Below are positions 29,087-37,549 of a stretch of DNA of 37,549 bases, piece by piece. Origin of the DNA: Candidatus Omnitrophota bacterium (GTDB taxonomy: Bacteria; Omnitrophota; Gorgyraeia; Duberdicusellales; 4484-171); assembly GCA_020352775.1 (NCBI GenBank), contig CP070684.1, positions 520,421 through 557,969 of the forward strand, in the 5' to 3' direction. Position 1 is the first letter of the stretch, and every line of letters starts with the position of its first letter. A program made the translations under genes and the position numbers. The notes beneath the pieces were generated by a model. The model was given only the letters and a program-made list of their open reading frames with translations, ran no database searches and was not told the DNA's origin.

Positions 29087-29118
29087 AGAGCTTTGTTGAT
29101 ATTGTTTGACGGCATGAA

Positions 29119-30234
29119 ATGATCGACAACGAGATTACGATAATCGGTGCTGGGGTAATCGGGCTGGCGATTGCCGATAAGCTTTCCGAGAGCGGCAAAA
29201 ATATTGTCGTGCTCGATAAAGAACCCACTTTCGGGCAAGAAATAAGCTCCAGAAATTCCGAGGTAATTCATGCTGGCCTCTATTACCCTCCTAATTCCTT
29301 AAAAGCCAAAACCTGTATTAGAGGAAGAGAGCTATTGTATGACTTGTGTCAAACGCATAATATCGGACACAAAAAACTGGGTAAATTAGTGGTAGCATCA
29401 AATGATGCTGAAATTGAAAAAATAGAAAAGATTTATGAAAATGCCACTCAATGCGGTGTTAAGAATCTAAGATTACTGAAGGAAAAAGAAATCAGTGAGC
29501 TTGAACCAGCGGTTTGTGCAAAAGAAGCCATATTTTCACCGGACTCAGGGATAATAGATACTCACGCTCTTATGGATTTCTTCTTTCATAAAGCCAAAGA
29601 AAAAGGGGTAATGTTTTCCTTTTCTACAGAGGTAATTGGTGTAAAAAAACAAAATAATGATTACGAAATAACAGTAAAAGAACCCTCTGGGGAGACTTTT
29701 GCGTTTATAACTCCTACTGTTATAAATTCAGCCGGGCTATACGCTGACAAAATTGCGCAAATGCCCGGTATAAACATCGAGGATGCAGCTTATAAGCTTC
29801 ACTATTGCAAAGGACAGTATTTTCGAATCGCCCATCCTAAAAAATTTTCTATAAATCATCTTGTATACCCCCCCGCAACTAAAATTGATTTAGGCATACA
29901 TCTAACACTGGATTTAGGCGGAGGTCTACGGCTTGGGCCGGATGCTAAATATATACCCAGTATTGATTACAATATTAATGAAGCAGACAGCGCTTATTTT
30001 TATGAGTCAGTACAGAAATTCTTACCTTCCTTAAGCCAGGATGATTTAATACCTGATACCGCCGGTATTAGGCCCAAATTGCAGAAAGAAACAGAAGATT
30101 TCAGGGATTTTGTGATAAACGAGGAGAGTGATAAAGGCTTTGGGAGATTTATTAATCTTATTGGCATTGAATCGCCCGGACTCACAGGATGTTTAGCTAT
30201 CGCAGAAATCGTTGAGAAGCTCGCCAATACCTAA
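29119..30234 (+). CDS. FAD-dependent oxidoreductase, L-2-hydroxyglutarate oxidase (LhgO)-like
   Basis: IGAGVIGLA, SSRNSEVIHAG.YYP..SLKA, KGQYF, LG.H.T.DL.G..R.GPD, GIRPK, GIESPGLT. Confidence 0.85.
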   Translation: MIDNEITIIGAGVIGLAIADKLSESGKNIVVLDKEPTFGQEISSRNSEVIHAGLYYPPNSLKAKTCIRGRELLYDLCQTHNIGHKKLGKLVVASNDAEIEKIEKIYENATQCGVKNLRLLKEKEISELEPAVCAKEAIFSPDSGIIDTHALMDFFFHKAKEKGVMFSFSTEVIGVKKQNNDYEITVKEPSGETFAFITPTVINSAGLYADKIAQMPGINIEDAAYKLHYCKGQYFRIAHPKKFSINHLVYPPATKIDLGIHLTLDLGGGLRLGPDAKYIPSIDYNINEADSAYFYESVQKFLPSLSQDDLIPDTAGIRPKLQKETEDFRDFVINEESDKGFGRFINLIGIESPGLTGCLAIAEIVEKLANT

Positions 30235-30340
30235 GATAAAAAAATCTATATATATAGTGGTAGCATCCAGGTTTTTATGATATAATTCATAATTGAAAGC
30301 TGTAATTAGCCAAGCGCCTAATATCCTATGGAGGTGGAGA

Positions 30341-32557
30341 ATGAAAGATAAACTAATAAAGAGTTTGCTTTATGCCTATATCTTTACATTTGTTTTATTC
30401 TTTCCACCGTTTTTAGCAAACGCCCAGGAACCCGTCAGCGCGCGCATAGATTTTATATATGAACAAGCTGTTGTTTCCTTTACAAAGCAAGATTATGACG
30501 TCGCCCAACAACTTTTTAAAGAGATTCTTGATCTGGATCCCACCCATAGAGAAGCGCGAGACTATCTTCAAAACAGGATCCCCGCAGAGCTAGAAATAAT
30601 AAAAAGAGAGAAAATAAAACCTCTTCAGCGGGAAGCATTCAAGACCTTTAAAAACAAAGAGTATGAAATATCACGGGAATATTTTCTTAAAATACTTGAG
30701 ATCGACCCTGAGCACCAAAAGGCTGCTCAATATGCCAACGATATAATCCCCAAACTAATCACCGAGGGGAAAATAAAATCTTTATACCGCAACGCAATAC
30801 AATCTTATAAAGAAAAGGATTCAGAAACCGCTTCCCAGTTTTTTGAAGAAATACTCACTTTAGATCCTGAACAGAAAAAAGCACGCGTCTATCTTGATAA
30901 ATATATCCCCCGTCAAGTAAGGGTGGTGCAGAAGAACAAGATAAAATCTTTATACCGACAAGCTTTTAACTTGTATTATCAAAGAAAATACGATGAAGCA
31001 CGCCAAATGTTTTTAAAAGTCCTTGAGTTAGACCCCGAAAAGAAAGAAGCTAAGTTCTATGCTTACGAGAAAATACCCTTTGTAAGCACCCGCCTTAAAA
31101 TAAAATCTCTCTATGAGGAGGCATTAGGGGCTTATGCGGACAAAGACTATGAGCGTGCCAGTGTTATTTTTAAGGAAATACTTGAGTTAGAACCGCAGCA
31201 TCCAGAGGCAAGCGTTTATCTTACAAAACGAATCCCGCGCATGGTGCGCCGCCTCACGCACGAAAAAATAGCTCTCCTCGAGAAGGAAGCCCAAAAGCTT
31301 TACTATCGCAAAAAATACGAAGAATCAAAAGATCTTTTTGAACAGATACTGACTGTTGACCCCGACAACAGAAAAGCGCGTCTTTATCTTGAGAAAAAAC
31401 TTCCTGATAAGTTTATCGCAATGAAAAAAGGGGAAATTCGTACTCTTTCCAAAGAAGCGTTTCGTTCCTTCTATAAAAAGCGCTACCGGGAAGCCCAGGA
31501 GTTATTTTTACAAATAATTGAGCTGGACCCGGAACACGCAAGGGCAAGGCGCTATGCCCAGGGTATAATTCCCCGCCTAATAAACAAGGATAAAATAAAA
31601 TCTCTCTACATAGAAGGCGTAAGAGCCTTTCGTGACGGCCGCTATGAGGAAGCCAATGATCTTTTCGAGAAAATTTTACAACTTGATCCTTACCATAATA
31701 AAGCAAAGCTCTATGTTAACAAAAAGCTTCCCCGCAAATTAGGGATGGATAAAGATAAAAAAATAAGAGGATTATATCGCGATGCGCTTGCGCAACTTTC
31801 CGCGAAAAATTATGAAGCGGCCAATAAAATATTTAAAGAAATACTTTATTTAGACCCTACTGAAAGAAAAGCAAGGTATTATTTGACCGAGAAAATGCCT
31901 TCCCTTCTGGGCGAAGATAGAATAAAGGTTCTTTACGATGAGGCTTATCGACTTTATGATATTCAAGACTATGAAGGAGCTCGCCAAGTTTTTAAGGAAA
32001 TTCTTGCGATTGATCCTGGCCAGAAAACAGCGCGCACCTACCTTGCGAAAGAAATCCCTGCAGAAAGAGTAGAACGAAAGGGCCGTATCGATCTTTTATA
32101 TGATGACGCCTTAGCATATTTCGATGAGGGCCGTTACAGAAGAGCCGAAGCAGTATTTAAAGAAATACTGGCTCTTGACCCTACCCAGGATAAGGCGCGC
32201 ACCTATATCGAGGCAATAATTCCTGATAAATTAGCCGTAACAGCGGCAGTTCCACCTGCGGTGAGAGCAATTGAAGCTTATCCTCGAGCAGCAAGGCGAC
32301 CCGAGGTTTCTCCCAAATTATATATTGCGCCGTGTCCTGAAGTAGGGCCGGCGAGACTACCGGGAGAGTTGGCGCGACCCACTGCCAAAGGTATTGGTTT
32401 TCTTTACGATCAAGCCTTTGCGTACTATAACCGCAGAGAATATACTAATGCTCACAACTATTTTGAAAAGATTCTTGCCCTGGATCCGGAACAAGGTGTA
32501 GCGAGAACCTATTTAGGCTTAATAAAAGAACGCGCGGCATTAGAGCGCGAACAATGA
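30341..32557 (+). CDS. Secreted TPR-like repeat protein with 12 units of about 53-56 aa (start placed at ATG 30341)
   Basis: SD GGAGG before 30341, signal peptide ending ANA-Q, repeated KIKSLY..A...Y....Y..A...F..IL.LDP....A..Y....IP. Confidence 0.85.
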   Translation: MKDKLIKSLLYAYIFTFVLFFPPFLANAQEPVSARIDFIYEQAVVSFTKQDYDVAQQLFKEILDLDPTHREARDYLQNRIPAELEIIKREKIKPLQREAFKTFKNKEYEISREYFLKILEIDPEHQKAAQYANDIIPKLITEGKIKSLYRNAIQSYKEKDSETASQFFEEILTLDPEQKKARVYLDKYIPRQVRVVQKNKIKSLYRQAFNLYYQRKYDEARQMFLKVLELDPEKKEAKFYAYEKIPFVSTRLKIKSLYEEALGAYADKDYERASVIFKEILELEPQHPEASVYLTKRIPRMVRRLTHEKIALLEKEAQKLYYRKKYEESKDLFEQILTVDPDNRKARLYLEKKLPDKFIAMKKGEIRTLSKEAFRSFYKKRYREAQELFLQIIELDPEHARARRYAQGIIPRLINKDKIKSLYIEGVRAFRDGRYEEANDLFEKILQLDPYHNKAKLYVNKKLPRKLGMDKDKKIRGLYRDALAQLSAKNYEAANKIFKEILYLDPTERKARYYLTEKMPSLLGEDRIKVLYDEAYRLYDIQDYEGARQVFKEILAIDPGQKTARTYLAKEIPAERVERKGRIDLLYDDALAYFDEGRYRRAEAVFKEILALDPTQDKARTYIEAIIPDKLAVTAAVPPAVRAIEAYPRAARRPEVSPKLYIAPCPEVGPARLPGELARPTAKGIGFLYDQAFAYYNRREYTNAHNYFEKILALDPEQGVARTYLGLIKERAALEREQ

Positions 32558-32928
32558 TGCTGAAAGTAAAAAATTCTATTTTCTTTATCCTTCTGGGTTT
32601 CTTCTTTCTGACAGCATGTTCCCCACAACCTACTACCCCCAAGTCAAAAGTTTCCGAGCCAAAAGATGGAGTATATTTAGGTTATTCCCGCCTCGTGGAT
32701 GTCAAAGTAACAATCAAGGGCGGTAAAATCGCCGCAATTGAAATAGTCGAACATCGCGGAGGCGGCAAAAAATATGAAAACATGATATTGCCACTTGCTA
32801 AAGAAATAGTCAAGACTCAATCTTTAGAGGTAGATACGATTTCCGGCGCAACTGCTAGCAGCAACTACCTTATAAATGCTGTCAAAGAGGCATTAGATAA
32901 AGCGACTGTGAGCCCGGCCCGAAAATAA
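32554..32928 (+). CDS. FMN-binding-domain lipoprotein (ApbE flavinylation substrate)
   Basis: Lipobox LTA-C; DG.Y.G, V.V....GKI..I.I and the flavinylation motif VDTISGATASS. Confidence 0.85.
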   Translation: MMLKVKNSIFFILLGFFFLTACSPQPTTPKSKVSEPKDGVYLGYSRLVDVKVTIKGGKIAAIEIVEHRGGGKKYENMILPLAKEIVKTQSLEVDTISGATASSNYLINAVKEALDKATVSPARK

Positions 32929-32964
32929 TTACCCCTTTAACCCATTTTTTACGACTTATTTAAT

Positions 32965-33915
32965 ATGAAGCGCTATATTTTAACTGTCACCTTAAACCCC
33001 GCAGTAGATAAAACTGTTTATGTGCCTGATTTTCGTATCGGAAAGGACTTTAGAGAAACTCAGCTGCATCTAAGCGCGGGAGGTAAGGGTTTAAACGTTT
33101 CAAGAACATTAAAGCATCTTGGGCATCGCGCACTTGCTACTGGCTTTATTGGTGGCGGTAGCGGATCATATATCGGGCGGCAATTAGATAAAGAAAAAAT
33201 AAAACACAGGTTTACTCCCATTGAAGGTAATACCCGAACAAGCCTTACTATTATTGATTCCCAAACCAAAAAAATAACCCGGGTATTAGAGAGAGGTCCA
33301 AAAATCAGCCCGCGAGAGCTCAAGGCATTCAAGAAAGCCTTTACTTCTCATTTGTCGCGCGCAAGTTTCGTTTTATTCTGCGGCAGAAATATTCCTGGCG
33401 CAGGGGATTCGATTTATGCCGGGCTGATTGCAATCGCAAAAAAAAGAGGGGTCAAAACCTTACTTGATACCAGTGGCAAGGCGCTCATTCTGGGATTAAA
33501 AAAGAAACCCTTCATGGTAAAGCCAAACCTCCAAGAAGCCGAGCATGTTGTAAGAAAAAAGTTAAAGTCTTTCTCAGACATCAAAAAAGCCCTAAGGCAC
33601 TTTCACAATCTTGGTATCGAAGTTGTTGCGATCACCATGGGTTCAAAAGGAGCAGTGGTCTCAGATAAAAATGAGGTGATATTTGCCCGACCCCCTGAAA
33701 TAACACGAAAAAACCCGGTAGGGTGCGGGGATGCCTTTTTAGCTGGGTTTGTGCTCTCAGTGGTACGCAAAAAAAGCCTTAAAGAATCCCTGACCTTAGG
33801 GGTTGCTTGCGGTGCAGCAAATGCCGCAAGTATTAGCCCGGGATTTATAAAAAGGGAATCTTTGGGCGGTATAATCAAGAAAATACAACTCAAAAGAATT
33901 AATTCTTGCGTTTAA
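32965..33915 (+). CDS. 1-phosphofructokinase family hexose kinase (PfkB/LacC)
   Basis: TVTLNPAVD, AGGKGLNVSR, DTSG, KPN..E, PVGCGDAF. Confidence 0.92.
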   Translation: MKRYILTVTLNPAVDKTVYVPDFRIGKDFRETQLHLSAGGKGLNVSRTLKHLGHRALATGFIGGGSGSYIGRQLDKEKIKHRFTPIEGNTRTSLTIIDSQTKKITRVLERGPKISPRELKAFKKAFTSHLSRASFVLFCGRNIPGAGDSIYAGLIAIAKKRGVKTLLDTSGKALILGLKKKPFMVKPNLQEAEHVVRKKLKSFSDIKKALRHFHNLGIEVVAITMGSKGAVVSDKNEVIFARPPEITRKNPVGCGDAFLAGFVLSVVRKKSLKESLTLGVACGAANAASISPGFIKRESLGGIIKKIQLKRINSCV

Positions 33916-33963
33916 TTCTGCCGGTATTGATAACGTTTTCCTTCCTGCCTGCGGTAACTAAAC

Positions 33964-33992
33964 TTGAACCAAAGCTTTCTCTGTGATATTAT
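33964..33992 (+). promoter_or_regulatory. Putative sigma70 promoter
   Basis: TTGAAC, 17 nt spacer, TG.TATTAT. Confidence 0.5.
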
Positions 33993-34049
33993 AACTAAGG
34001 CACTTCGTGACCCCTAGTCGCTCAGTGCTAATCATTAAAGGAGGTAAAT

Positions 34050-34598
34050 ATGATCAGTATAATGCTTTTTTTCATGCTTATCGCCATTGGGTTAGTAGTA
34101 ATGGCGTTTTTTCTACCGTCTAAAAAGGCACCCACCGTAAAAAAAGAGGCAGCGGTCAAAGAAATAGCCAAAGATACAATTGACCAATTAGAAACTGAAC
34201 TTAGTTCTTTAAAGATGGAACTAGAGAAAGAACAACTAAAAACTTCCGCACTCCAGGGCGAAGTAAATGCCGCTAAAGAATCTGAGAGCGCTGTACGCCA
34301 GGAATTGGAAAAACTACAGTCCAAAGCCGCCGCACCTAAGGAAACTGAAAAAATTGCTGCGCTAAGTAAAGAGCTGGAAGAAAAAAATAAACAAATTCAG
34401 TCGCTTAATTCCCAGATTCAGGATCATAAGAAAAAAATCGAAGAAATGAGTAAGGCAGCTGCAAAAGAAGAACAACCCGCACCCCCGAAAGAGAAGCCAG
34501 CTGAACCGGCGCCTGAAAAACCAAAAGAAGAGTCTGCGGAAGGTAAAGAAGAAAACAAAGAAGGTGGAACGCAAGAATCCGGCGAAACAAAAGAATAA
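34050..34598 (+). CDS. Membrane-anchored coiled-coil hypothetical protein
   Basis: SD AAGGAGGT; N-terminal TM helix, heptad-rich E/K/Q region, P/E/K tail. Confidence 0.8.
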   Translation: MISIMLFFMLIAIGLVVMAFFLPSKKAPTVKKEAAVKEIAKDTIDQLETELSSLKMELEKEQLKTSALQGEVNAAKESESAVRQELEKLQSKAAAPKETEKIAALSKELEEKNKQIQSLNSQIQDHKKKIEEMSKAAAKEEQPAPPKEKPAEPAPEKPKEESAEGKEENKEGGTQESGETKE

Positions 34599-34604
34599 AA
34601 ATCA

Positions 34605-36317
34605 ATGAGTCCGCAACGTTTTTCAAAGCCATCCGGCGCAAGAATACGAAAAAAAGAAAAAAGGATTGCCTATTTCTCCATGGAAATAGGTATTGACCCT
34701 AAAATCCCTACTTACAGCGGAGGATTAGGGATTTTGGCAGGCGACACCATAAAATCCTGCGCAGACCTCCATGTACCCCTGGTCGCAGTTACTCTTCTTT
34801 ATAAGAAAGGTTATTTCTATCAAAAACTGGATGAGGAGGGTCAACAAACCGAACTTCCTCATGATTGGAAGCCAAAAAAGCATCTAACGCTCCTGCCTAA
34901 AAAAGTAAAAGTAACGATCGAAGGCCGCAGTGTGACAGTGGGGGCCTGGATTTTAAAAGTAGCCGGAATTAAAGGATATAGTATTCCGGTCATATTTCTT
35001 GATACGGATTTCGAAGAAAACAGCGAATACGACCGTAGCCTTTCATATTACCTTTACACTGGCGACAGAAAATACCGCTTGGCACAAGAAATCGTACTTG
35101 GAATCGGCGGAGTGAGAATGCTTAAAGAACTGGGGTTTCACCGCCTAAGCCGCTACCATATGAATGAAGGCCACGCCAGTCTCCTGACTTTAGAGCTTCT
35201 GCGTGAAAGAAGAAAGGGTAATAACGATTGGGATATTGAAGGAGTAAGGCGACTTTGTGTATTTACTACCCATACTCCGGTTCCCGTCGGCCATGACCAA
35301 TTTGAATATGACTTAGTAAAAAAAGTTTTAGGTGAGTTTGTTCCTAGGGATTTATTAAAACAGTTATCAGGGGGCGAAACGCATCTTAACATGACTCTTC
35401 TTGCCTTAAACTTAAGTGACTATGTTAACGGGGTAGCCAAGCAGCACGGCAAAGTATCCCGCGAGATGTTTCCGGGTTATCATATCGATTCAATTACCAA
35501 CGGAGTCCATATCACTACCTGGACCTGTAAGAGTTTTCGCCAACTGTATAAGGCCTACATGCCGGGCTGGAAAACCGATCCTTCCAGTTTGCGCTACGCC
35601 TTAAGTATTCCACGGGAGGAATTATGGAATGCGCACATAGAAGCAAAAACCATCCTGATTAATTATGTAAACAGTAAGACCAATATCGGCATGGATTATG
35701 ATGCTTTAACTATTGGTTTTGCCAGAAGAGCCACGGCCTATAAACGCGCAGATTTGGTATTTCATAACCCCCCACGCCTGGAAGAGGTGGCAAGAAAAGC
35801 CGGAAAGATACAATTTATCTTTGCCGGAAAAGCGCATCCGCAGGATAATCCTGGTAAGGAAATGATAAAGCGAATAGTTTCAATGTCGAAGAAGCTCGAT
35901 AGCAACATAAAAATCGCTTATCTGGATAATTACGATATTGATCTTGCCAAAATTCTCGTTGCCGGAGTTGATTTATGGCTTAACACTCCCCGTAAGCCCC
36001 AGGAAGCCTCGGGAACTTCAGGCATGAAAGCTGCCCTTAATGGGGTGCCCAGCTTTAGTATCCTTGACGGCTGGTGGATTGAAGGCTGCATCGAAGGTCT
36101 TACTGGTTGGGCAATAGATTCCGCATCAGACCGTGAAAGCAATGATGAGGACAATGCTCACGCGCTATATCGTAAGCTTGCAGAGGTAATTATACCCCTT
36201 TTCTATCGTGATCGACAGCGCTGGATTGATATTATGCGCCATACAATTGCAATCAACGGCTCTTTTTTCACTACCCACCGCATGATACAGCAATACGTGT
36301 TGCTTGCGTATCTCTAA
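34605..36317 (+). CDS. glgP: Alpha-glucan (glycogen/maltodextrin) phosphorylase
   Basis: AYFSME, YSGGLG.LAGD, H.NEGH, FARR...YKR, AGKAHP, EASGTSGMK (PLP lysine), LDGWW.E. Confidence 0.93.
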   Translation: MSPQRFSKPSGARIRKKEKRIAYFSMEIGIDPKIPTYSGGLGILAGDTIKSCADLHVPLVAVTLLYKKGYFYQKLDEEGQQTELPHDWKPKKHLTLLPKKVKVTIEGRSVTVGAWILKVAGIKGYSIPVIFLDTDFEENSEYDRSLSYYLYTGDRKYRLAQEIVLGIGGVRMLKELGFHRLSRYHMNEGHASLLTLELLRERRKGNNDWDIEGVRRLCVFTTHTPVPVGHDQFEYDLVKKVLGEFVPRDLLKQLSGGETHLNMTLLALNLSDYVNGVAKQHGKVSREMFPGYHIDSITNGVHITTWTCKSFRQLYKAYMPGWKTDPSSLRYALSIPREELWNAHIEAKTILINYVNSKTNIGMDYDALTIGFARRATAYKRADLVFHNPPRLEEVARKAGKIQFIFAGKAHPQDNPGKEMIKRIVSMSKKLDSNIKIAYLDNYDIDLAKILVAGVDLWLNTPRKPQEASGTSGMKAALNGVPSFSILDGWWIEGCIEGLTGWAIDSASDRESNDEDNAHALYRKLAEVIIPLFYRDRQRWIDIMRHTIAINGSFFTTHRMIQQYVLLAYL

Positions 36318-36430
36318 GCCCTATTTTACCTTAAAATCAGTACCCATTATTCACCTTGACAGATCTTACCAAGGAGGCGTAAAATATCATGAGCCACGGG
36401 AGAGGTCAGCTAAACCGGGTGGTTTAAAAG

Positions 36431-36892
36431 ATGGATAAAAGGCTTACCAAATCCGTGGGTATCTTTAAATTCCTGTTTTTATGCTGCGTTTTTATTGTCG
36501 CCCCCCTTGGTGCGAGAGCCTACCAGAATCCCGATTATTTTGATACAAACTACCCCAATTCTTACGATCGCAACAACTATTATTCAAATACATACCCCCT
36601 CCACAGCCAGACATTACATAATCAAGCCGACATTGAACCGTCAAATATAGATTATTATACCAGCAATTATATATTACCAAGCAATATGGGTTATTATAGC
36701 GGCGCATCTTCACCGCACGATGATATAAGCTACTGCAATGATGTGTATTTTGCAACTACTGTTAATGCCTACCATCGCGAGGTAGAAGAAAACTTAAATG
36801 ACTACCGCGAAAAAATTCAGGAAACAACCGAACGCATCAAATCCTACCAGAATGATTTAAAAAGCTTGGAGCAGACTGAAACCGTGCCCTAG
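36431..36892 (+). CDS. Hypothetical exported protein, Tyr/Asn-rich with C-terminal coiled coil
   Basis: Signal-like N-terminus ending ARA-Y, Y/N/S/D-rich middle; candidate promoter TTGACA (36356), 18 nt spacer, TAAAAT (36380). Confidence 0.6.
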   Translation: MDKRLTKSVGIFKFLFLCCVFIVAPLGARAYQNPDYFDTNYPNSYDRNNYYSNTYPLHSQTLHNQADIEPSNIDYYTSNYILPSNMGYYSGASSPHDDISYCNDVYFATTVNAYHREVEENLNDYREKIQETTERIKSYQNDLKSLEQTETVP

Positions 36893-36988
36893 CTAAAGTG
36901 TTTCTAAGCCGGACCCGAAGATAATCTTACATTTTTAACCTTGAATTTGGGTTGGCTTTTTAGTGGCGTCTGGTATAATAATAAAGCT

Positions 36989-37327
36989 ATGAACGCTAAT
37001 TCTGCACCAACCATGAATAGAGGCGAGAAATTTCTATTCGGTATCGGCATGTCATTGCTTGTATTTTTAATCATTGATAGTTACCTTATCCATCTTTGGA
37101 CAGTGCTAATCGCTTATGATTTTGGAGGATTTGGGCCGGCCCTTATCACCTTTTTATTGCCGTTCTTTGCGCAGGTTTTCTGGGCAACATATCACATCAT
37201 GTACTTGCGAACAATTTTAGATCCGTATCTTCTGGGGATTATTTTTTATCTGCTTTTTCTCCTTTTAATGATGTTATGCCTGATTCTATCTAGCGCACGC
37301 TCAAGTTGCGAAATCAGTAAACGCTAA
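36989..37327 (+). CDS. Small membrane protein, about 3 TM helices (start probably ATG 36989 or 37013)
   Basis: Three hydrophobic stretches; the ORF-track start (TTG 36941) overlaps a TG.TATAAT box at 36971-79. Confidence 0.6.
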   Translation: MNANSAPTMNRGEKFLFGIGMSLLVFLIIDSYLIHLWTVLIAYDFGGFGPALITFLLPFFAQVFWATYHIMYLRTILDPYLLGIIFYLLFLLLMMLCLILSSARSSCEISKR

Positions 37328-37339
37328 CACACGACAGAC

Positions 37340-37549
37340 ATGATCAGAAAGCCTTTCCTTTTAAAAATTTATGAATCCGCCAGTATGCAGCGCTGGAATG
37401 ATCAGATAAGGCCGGTGGAGCTGACCGAGCTTGACAAGCAGGCGCATAAAATGATAATTGCCTACGTCTTAGGCAAATGTGAGGAGCAAAATAAAAACAA
37501 AGACCTTAACTGGATTGAAATTATCGAAGCGGGCCTGTTTGAATACCTG
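37340..37549 (+). CDS. HD-domain (YfbR-like) protein, 5' part, runs off the window end
   Basis: Open frame MIRKPFLLKIYESASMQRWNDQIRPVELTELDKQAHKMIIAYVLGK...; the 'QRWND..RP.EL.ELDKQAHK' motif is recalled from HD-family proteins. Confidence 0.7.
   Translation, partial: MIRKPFLLKIYESASMQRWNDQIRPVELTELDKQAHKMIIAYVLGKCEEQNKNKDLNWIEIIEAGLFEYL

Noticed and set aside
36391-36425. GAGCCAC...GTGGTTT leader stem as a c-di-GMP riboswitch
   Set aside because: Too short and lacks the P1 GNRA/GCAAA architecture; an Rfam scan would be needed.

Overview
Bacterial chromosomal window with every credible gene on the + strand. Gene content and order suggest an anaerobe, possibly Ca. Omnitrophota/PVC (inference only). 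(1) 1-3479: a small AT-rich glycosylation cassette (GT2 plus multi-pass GT-C-like membrane protein, with gene remnants) flanked by a duplicated 3' end of mfd. (2) 3481-15548: housekeeping run surA-like, pdxA, rsmA, proC, mtnP, PfkB kinase, ileS, dksA-like, lspA, RluA-family synthase, aroA, FAH-family hydrolase. (3) 15593-30234: nitrogen/glutamate cluster nfnA-nfnB-gdhA, a stand-alone FMN glutamate-synthase-family protein, a 52-aa Cys-rich ORF missing from the ORF track, glnA, a GAF-ANTAR antiterminator, a 78-aa hypothetical, carB without carA in the window, DUF1846 and an LhgO-like oxidoreductase. (4) 30341-37549: secreted TPR-like repeat protein, FMN-binding lipoprotein, 1-phosphofructokinase family, glucan phosphorylase, hypotheticals and a partial HD-domain gene. 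The main finding is an apparent locally encoded RNA antitermination regulon. Six ANTAR-type hairpin/terminator modules lie in three sigma70 leaders (1 before nfnAB-gdhA, 3 in tandem before the glutamate-synthase-like gene, 2 in tandem before carB), and a GAF-ANTAR protein is encoded next to glnA. All RNA structures were paired by hand. No searches or folding computations were run.
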